A stretch of DNA of 64,000 nucleotides from IMG/VR virus record IMGVR_UViG_3300020577_007233, positions 189,593 to 253,592 of that record, one strand, 5' to 3'. Below are positions 59,882-64,000 of this stretch, in pieces; positions within the stretch are counted from its first letter, which is position 1, and each line of letters begins with the position of its first letter. The notes beneath the pieces were generated by a model. It did not search any database, was not told the origin of the DNA, and was given only the letters and a program-made list of their open reading frames with translations. This DNA comes from a virus. Its lineage: Duplodnaviria > Heunggongvirae > Uroviricota > Caudoviricetes. The position numbers and the translations under genes are program-made.

Positions 59882-60070
59882 TTAGATTCTGTTTCCCTTG
59901 CTGTCGCAAGGTCCGAGCGTAACCCAATGAGCGTCGTAGGGTTGGGGCTTGACAAGGGGTGGCCCCTTCCAAGTTCCGTTCCTCCGTTGCTCCATCTCAT
60001 GCGCCCATGAGCCTTCGTAGCGGCTGATGGGTTCGTACTTGCCGTTCGGTTTCTTCTTTCCAAGTCCCAT
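59882..60070 (-). CDS. Small protein (62 aa; start moved to ATG at 60070)
   Basis: Starting at MGLGKKKPNGKY places the ATG 18 nt from motif 60089. The track's TTG start would be only 6 nt from the motif. Confidence 0.4.
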   Translation of the reverse strand: MGLGKKKPNGKYEPISRYEGSWAHEMEQRRNGTWKGPPLVKPQPYDAHWVTLGPCDSKGNRI

Positions 60071-60099
60071 GCTTCTTAACAAGGGTTGGAAAGTCTAGC

Positions 60100-60513
60100 C
60101 TACAGTTTGCTGACTCTTTCGCCGTCCCCAACGAGGTCGTACTCGGGAAATTCCTTGCTGAGTTTGGTAAGGCGTTCGCCGAGTTCGTTGGCTTCGAGTT
60201 CCCTTCTGTCCCAAAAGCCAGCCCCATGACCGTTGCGAGTGAGCCAAAAGTCGTGGCCGTACTGAGCGGCATCCGCTTCTTCGAGTTCCTCGGTGGTAAG
60301 TTCTTCGAGCATCATGGTTGCAAACTGAGCGCAGTCGGCAACCATATCAAAGTAAGTCGCCGGCTCGATATCATCGCCGTCGTACTGACCGTCCAAGTTC
60401 TCTGAGGTGGCTTGATCGCCTTCGTTGGTACTTGACCAAAGGGCGCAAACGATGTACGCCTTCACAAAGTTGTCAAACCAATTCGAGGGGTTGGAGTTGA
60501 AGTTCTTACTCAC
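60100..60513 (-). CDS. Acidic hypothetical protein (about 137 aa)
   Basis: Start inferred at a GTG that overlaps the upstream small gene's TGA (GTGA coupling). The 249-aa track ORF crosses motif 60708 and is treated as an artefactual extension. Confidence 0.4.
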   Translation of the reverse strand: MSKNFNSNPSNWFDNFVKAYIVCALWSSTNEGDQATSENLDGQYDGDDIEPATYFDMVADCAQFATMMLEELTTEELEEADAAQYGHDFWLTRNGHGAGFWDRRELEANELGERLTKLSKEFPEYDLVGDGERVSKL

Positions 60514-60689
60514 GCCTTCTCCCCTTCTGGCACGCCCGCCGCTTCGAGGAGTTCGGTATCGCTTGCGTCGATGTGCTTTGCGAGGGATTGGAGTTCCGAA
60601 AGTTCTCCGTAAGAGATACGTTCGGCTCGGAGTTCCTTGCGAAGATACTCCAATCTGTCTCGGATGCTTTGAGGGGTTGAGTTGGGCAT
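60510..60689 (-). CDS. Small protein (59 aa)
   Basis: Hand translation gives MPNSTPQSIRDRLEYLRKELRAERISYGELSELQSLAKHIDASDTELLEAAGVPEGEKA. The ATG is 18 nt downstream of motif 60708 with an AAAGG RBS. Confidence 0.4.
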   Translation of the reverse strand: MPNSTPQSIRDRLEYLRKELRAERISYGELSELQSLAKHIDASDTELLEAAGVPEGEKA

Positions 60690-60713
60690 GACCTTTATTT
60701 CTGGCGCGAAAGT

Positions 60714-61046
60714 CTAGCCGACGATGCTGGTGTATGCGTCTGGCTTGGTTTCGCCCTTCTTGCGCAAAAACCAACCTCTCGTTGAGATGTGGATGATTTC
60801 GTAACCCTCGGCAATCTGAGGGAAGGGGCGGTACTCGCCTTGCCACCATTCGTCATTACGAACGCATCCGCCGTTGTAACGGGTTGACCCATAGGCTGAG
60901 GGAATGGACGCTGATGACCCCATGTAACCCTTGCCGTAACCATCCCCAAAGGCGTTCTTAGGATTGGCTTTGGCAACCTTGGCGCATTTCGCTGCATCCC
61001 AAACCTCTTGCGGATGCTGAAACAATGGAAGGTTGGGGTTGACCAT
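60714..61046 (-). CDS. Gly/Tyr-rich hypothetical protein (110 aa)
   Basis: Downstream of motif 61065. Its stop TAG lies inside motif 60708. Confidence 0.45.
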   Translation of the reverse strand: MVNPNLPLFQHPQEVWDAAKCAKVAKANPKNAFGDGYGKGYMGSSASIPSAYGSTRYNGGCVRNDEWWQGEYRPFPQIAEGYEIIHISTRGWFLRKKGETKPDAYTSIVG

Positions 61047-61146
61047 GCTTAAGGATTTGCTGATGAAAGTCTAGCCGATTGCGTTGCACTCATAACGATT
61101 ATGGTCGCTTGTTATTTCCTTGCACTCATAACGATTTCGGTTAGTT

Positions 61147-61186
61147 AAAAGCCAAACGGCAAGGGATTCGTCCCTTACCGTTGGCT
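61147..61186 (-). terminator. Intrinsic terminator (hairpin plus T-run) preceding a promoter-like cassette
   Basis: On the minus strand the stem AAGCCAACGGTAAGGGA/TCCCTTGCCGTTTGGCTT is followed by TTTTAAC. Confidence 0.55.
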
Positions 61187-61223
61187 TGCCCAATGTTCGT
61201 TTGGAAAGTCTAGCCCTCGGCTT

Positions 61224-61949
61224 TCAGACCTTCATCATGCTGCGCTCGCCGATGAGGTACGCTTCGGCAATGTCCCAAATTCGCTCCCTCATTTCCATCG
61301 GACGCTCGGTAAAGTTGTCGGTAATCCGATACCGTTCGCCGCCGATGGCGATTTCGACGATGTTCTCAATACCGTAGACAACGAACCGAACCGCATCATC
61401 CCCAAGCCCCTGATTGGAGTAGTCGGAGCGAGGGGCAAGGTACGGCTCGACGTTTTCGGTCGGCTCGGTCGTTCCGTCCGCGAGTCGGAGATACTCGGGC
61501 GTTCCAACCGCCTTGAAGATGAAGCGGAGATAGGCCGCGCCGTCGTCGCCCTTGTCCTTCTTGTTGACGCTGAGGCAAGTCGGACCATCCTCGGCCATGA
61601 TAGGCCGATGCCATGATTCGCCCTTGCGGAAGCGGTCTTGAATTTCCGCCTCAAGTTCCTCGGCTGAGAGGGGGGCAAGGTTCGCCGCCGCCCGTTCCGC
61701 CTCAATCGCCTTTGCGAGTCGGTTCTCGACAACGCGCTCGTAACGGCCCGCGATGGTTCCGTTGACCTTTGTGACCTTGCCGATGGTCAAACCATCCTTC
61801 ATGGTACGGCCCGCCTTGAAGGGGTTGGGAAGGCCGTTGGTTCCGTTCGCCCTCGTATCGGGTTCGGTAACAACCACCATGCTGATGATGGTATTGGCGG
61901 TAACGCCAAGCAGAAGGGTTCGGAGTTGGTTGCGAGAGATGAGTTTCAT
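61224..61949 (-). CDS. Secreted hypothetical protein (241 aa, N-terminal signal peptide)
   Basis: Hydrophobic N-terminus. Downstream of motif 61987. Confidence 0.5.
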   Translation of the reverse strand: MKLISRNQLRTLLLGVTANTIISMVVVTEPDTRANGTNGLPNPFKAGRTMKDGLTIGKVTKVNGTIAGRYERVVENRLAKAIEAERAAANLAPLSAEELEAEIQDRFRKGESWHRPIMAEDGPTCLSVNKKDKGDDGAAYLRFIFKAVGTPEYLRLADGTTEPTENVEPYLAPRSDYSNQGLGDDAVRFVVYGIENIVEIAIGGERYRITDNFTERPMEMRERIWDIAEAYLIGERSMMKV

Positions 61950-62128
61950 TGGGCAGAGTTCCTTTCTGTCTACTGAAAGTTCCTTGAAAGTCTAGCCCCA
62001 AAGTTCATTGGTTGGGGTTGCTTTCGATGCTACTGGAAATTCCGTTGAAAGTCTAACCCTTGCGCCGAATCAGGAAGTTCACTCATAACGATTATGCTGC
62101 AATCATTATAGGTGAGATTGTTCGATGC

Positions 62129-62155
62129 AAAAACGAAAGCCGCAGTTGGCTTTCG
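62129..62155 (-). terminator. Strong intrinsic terminator immediately after motif copy 62156
   Basis: On the minus strand the stem CGAAAGCC-AACTGC-GGCTTTCG is followed by TTTTTGC. Confidence 0.65.
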
Positions 62156-62171
62156 GAAGTCTAGCCCTGTT

Positions 62172-62489
62172 TCAGCCAGCCGCAATGGTCGCTTCAAGGG
62201 GGACGTTTGGTGCGCCTGCTTCAATGGCGACGTTATCCCTCTTGGTCTGAATCTGCTCAACCTTGAGTTCGCAGAGTTCAAGATGCCCTCTCCAAACAAC
62301 CGCCTTACCTTTTTCGTGGACCTCGATGGTTGTTTTGACTGCATCCTTTTCGCTCATCTTGCAAACCTCCATGAGAAGGTTAGCAACGAAGTCGGGCGTA
62401 TGAACGTCGGAGTTCCAAAGGAGAACAACATGGGGAGGAAGATGGTCAACCTTGGTTTCGGTTGCTTGTTCAAGGGTTGCGTTGGGCAT
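62172..62489 (-). CDS. clpS: ClpS-like ATP-dependent Clp protease adaptor
   Basis: VVLLWNSDVHTPDFVANLLMEVCKMSEKDAVKTTIEVHEKGKAVVWRGHLELCELKVEQI is collinear with E. coli ClpS ([23 protein letters not shown]...[22 protein letters not shown]). Confidence 0.7.
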   Translation of the reverse strand: MPNATLEQATETKVDHLPPHVVLLWNSDVHTPDFVANLLMEVCKMSEKDAVKTTIEVHEKGKAVVWRGHLELCELKVEQIQTKRDNVAIEAGAPNVPLEATIAAG

Positions 62490-62559
62490 CTGATTCTTTT
62501 CGACATCGCCTATTTCGGCTCTGAAAGTCTAGCCGCCGTTTTTTTCCACATCGAAGTTC

Positions 62560-62950
62560 AGCGGTCTTGACTCCGCCTCGTCTTTTGGGGTCTTGCACAG
62601 TGCAAACAGTGTGAGTTCAGTGCCTCTTGTGTGCCTTTTGTGTGCAGTTCAGTGGTCCTTGCTGCGCCTGCCTCCGCCTCGGCTGCCTCGGAGCGGCTCC
62701 TCTTCTTTTGGGGTCTTTATGATCTTTCAAGATCGCCCTTGTTTTTGGGCCTTTTTGCACCTCGGAGGTGATCGTCTTTGGGGGTCTTGACGGTCAAATG
62801 ACCGCTTTGACCGCCATCTGATCCATGCTCTTTTGGGTCGTTGGACAAATCTATTTGTATCGGCTTCTGTTTGGGGGTCTTTGGTCTGGGTGCTGCTTCC
62901 CCGATCTTTCCGGGTTTGCCGGGTCTTTGACCCAGATCTGGGTCTCGTTT
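62560..62950. repeat. Non-coding iteron/palindrome region: about five copies of TTTGGGGTCTT plus two perfect palindromes (GATCTTTCAAGATC and GACCCAGATCTGGGTC); GATC-rich
   Basis: Iteron copies lie at about 62581, 62705, 62774, 62829 and 62867. The palindromes are at 62721-62734 and 62929-62944. At least six GATC sites fall within about 260 bp. No credible ORF is present. Confidence 0.6.
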
Positions 62951-63178
62951 ACCCTGCGACGGAAAAGGTCACTCATAACGATTATATGCTAGCGCAAACA
63001 TAAGGGCGGCTTGTTTAGGGCCGCCCGTTGATTCGTACCTCCCGATTCTCTTTCGGGTTCCGAATAGCAGAGTTCCGTCCGCTCGGGGTAACTAAGGCTC
63101 GCAACCATACACTGACCAGTCGCCCGGTCTATCCTGTTGCTTTTACCATTCCATGCCTTTTGTTTTCGGCGCGAAAGT

Positions 63179-63364
63179 CTAGCCGACTTTCAGAGTCAGA
63201 GGATGCTTGAATGAGGGGCGAGAAACAATCCGATTGGGCTTCTCGGCGTTCTGAACCTCAAGGGTTCCTCGGAGCCAAATGGGAACCTTTGAGTGAACGG
63301 TGGGGTTCTTGGGCCGCTGTGCGGCTTCTGCTGCTCTCTTGGCTTCTTTGCTTGCTCGGCTCAT
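63179..63364 (-). CDS. Small basic protein (61 aa)
   Basis: RBS AAAGGAAAAG. Its stop TAG lies inside motif 63173. Confidence 0.45.
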   Translation of the reverse strand: MSRASKEAKRAAEAAQRPKNPTVHSKVPIWLRGTLEVQNAEKPNRIVSRPSFKHPLTLKVG

Positions 63365-63520
63365 GGGCTTTTCCTTTTCAACAAAGGGCGAGAAAGGCGA
63401 GGACGCAGAGAACGAAACGGTCTCGGTTGCTCATGCTTATGACTTCTTACTTAGAAGTCTAGTCTCCTTAAAGCAGAGCGGAGGACCAACGGCCCTCTAC
63501 GCCCTGCTGCCCAAGTTTCA

Positions 63521-63709
63521 TTACCACTTCTTCGTGGCTGTCTGCTGAACGGTTGCCTTGTTGCCGTTGCTTCCGAACGCCTGCCTTGCTGCGTCGGCTG
63601 CGTTGTTCGCCCCAGTCACGGTCTTGGTTTGACCGCTGTGAGTGACTTGGAACGAGTTATGGGAACCTTGCTGCATTGGCTGGAACGGGGTGTTATTCGA
63701 GTTTGTCAT
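63521..63709 (-). CDS. Small protein (62 aa)
   Basis: Downstream of the double motif at 63728 and 63744. Confidence 0.45.
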   Translation of the reverse strand: MTNSNNTPFQPMQQGSHNSFQVTHSGQTKTVTGANNAADAARQAFGSNGNKATVQQTATKKW

Positions 63710-63748
63710 GCCTATTGAAATGACCCCGAAAGTCTATCCCCAAAAAGT

Positions 63749-63958
63749 CTAGCCCTGACTCTTGGTTGGCGTCAGAAGAAAAGGCTCGTTTGCTTCTTCA
63801 GGACGGTTGGGCCAAGAGCGAAGCCGCTTCATCTCAGGGTCGGCGTGCTTCAGATCCCAAACGCTCTTGGGGTCGATGGTGCCAGGGTAGGGCCAGTCGT
63901 TGGGACTGACGCCCCGCCACATTACCGCTGCCTTGCTGAAGCCTTGGCAGTAACCCAC
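63749..63958 (-). CDS. Small protein (69 aa as listed; N-terminus uncertain)
   Basis: Its stop TAG lies inside motif 63744. Confidence 0.4.
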   Translation of the reverse strand: MGYCQGFSKAAVMWRGVSPNDWPYPGTIDPKSVWDLKHADPEMKRLRSWPNRPEEANEPFLLTPTKSQG

Positions 63959-64000
63959 AAGGTCTTGGTAGGCATTGCGGTTGCCGCTGACTCGCTGAAT

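Larger units (their letters stand above)
57659..62984 (+). repeat. Six dispersed copies of 15-nt motif CACTCATAACGATTA (plus one inverted copy at 54336-54348)
   Basis: Copies at 57659, 59727, 61087, 61124, 62080 and 62970. Each sits in an ORF-free cassette between two GGCTAGACTTTC copies, typically after a terminator-like hairpin. Confidence 0.7.
54400..63755 (-). promoter_or_regulatory. Array of about 29 copies of a conserved 12-nt motif (coding-strand GGCTAGACTTTC, extended consensus GGCTAGACTTTCGCGCAAGAAA) upstream of nearly every small gene
   Basis: Plus-strand GAAAGTCTAGCC or one-mismatch variants occur at 54400, 54597, 54911, 55418, 55576, 56071, 56416, 57003, 57449, 57627, 57823, 58214, 58733 and 59039. 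Further copies are at 59375, 59687, 59869, 60089, 60708, 61065, 61204, 61987, 62047, 62156, 62523, 63173, 63453, 63728 and 63744. Each lies 12-50 nt upstream of a minus-strand start codon. Confidence 0.8.

Noticed and set aside
60100-60849. The 249-aa minus ORF treated as one gene.
   Set aside because: It runs straight across motif copy 60708 and the adjacent 59-aa gene in another frame. It was split into 60510..60689 and 60100..60513.
54459-63548. Numerous plus-strand ORFs of 60-325 aa listed by the ORF track inside the GC-rich block (for example 55617..56030, 56444..56980, 58613..59230 and 61753..61995).
   Set aside because: High GC generates long spurious open frames. They run antisense to a dense, motif-punctuated minus-strand gene series and lack RBSs or motif association.
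54400-63755. Interpretation of the motif array as an integron gene-cassette array with attC sites.
   Set aside because: The conserved part is only about 12-22 nt. It lacks the paired inverted core sites and the 55-140 bp imperfect palindrome of attC. No integrase is visible, and the motifs overlap stop codons and 5' UTRs in a way more consistent with expression signals.
1-64000. A CRISPR array or prophage integrase/att sites.
   Set aside because: No regularly spaced repeat-spacer units and no integrase or recombinase motifs were seen. The gene content fits a lytic or large virulent phage instead.

Overview
The window looks like a large lytic phage genome segment, though an assembly chimera is not excluded, and falls into two blocks. 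Positions 1-54.3 kb are AT-richer (about 40% GC by eye) and almost all minus-strand. They start with a giant partial structural protein running off the window start (over 2100 aa, with beta-helix tailspike and glycosidase-like repeats, absent from the ORF track because it has no in-window stop). Next comes a nucleotide-metabolism and replication set: dUTPase, an NrdA/NrdJ-type ribonucleotide reductase with a C-terminal zinc ribbon, ThyX, a DEDDh exonuclease, peptide deformylase, an SNF2 helicase, a UvrD-like helicase with a topoisomerase-type zinc ribbon, and a Dam-type DNA methyltransferase. Accessory functions include an AAA+ ATPase, a DHH/DHHA1 phosphoesterase, two tandem GT42/MptE-like paralogs, a macro domain, a sigma-28-like sigma factor, three HNH endonucleases, an SPFH/flotillin-like protein, a CoaD-like nucleotidyltransferase in a six-gene ABC-ATPase operon, and a 53-aa hyper-acidic peptide. 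There is also a pair of giant paralogs (one with a PARP/ART-like C-terminus), a prepilin-type (pseudopilin-like) protein, a metzincin lipoprotein and a HigB-like protein. At about 54.3 kb, right after an HNH gene, composition jumps to about 55-60% GC. The remaining 9.5 kb is a dense minus-strand array of small genes, including a ClpS homolog and Cys-rich proteins. Nearly every one of these genes is preceded by the same 12-nt motif (GGCTAGACTTTC on the coding strand, about 29 copies), whose CTAG core often supplies the upstream gene's TAG stop. Interspersed are ORF-free cassettes that carry a second conserved 15-nt motif behind intrinsic terminators. A 400-bp iteron and palindrome region rich in GATC may be a replication origin. 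The motif array and this GATC region are the most unusual features.
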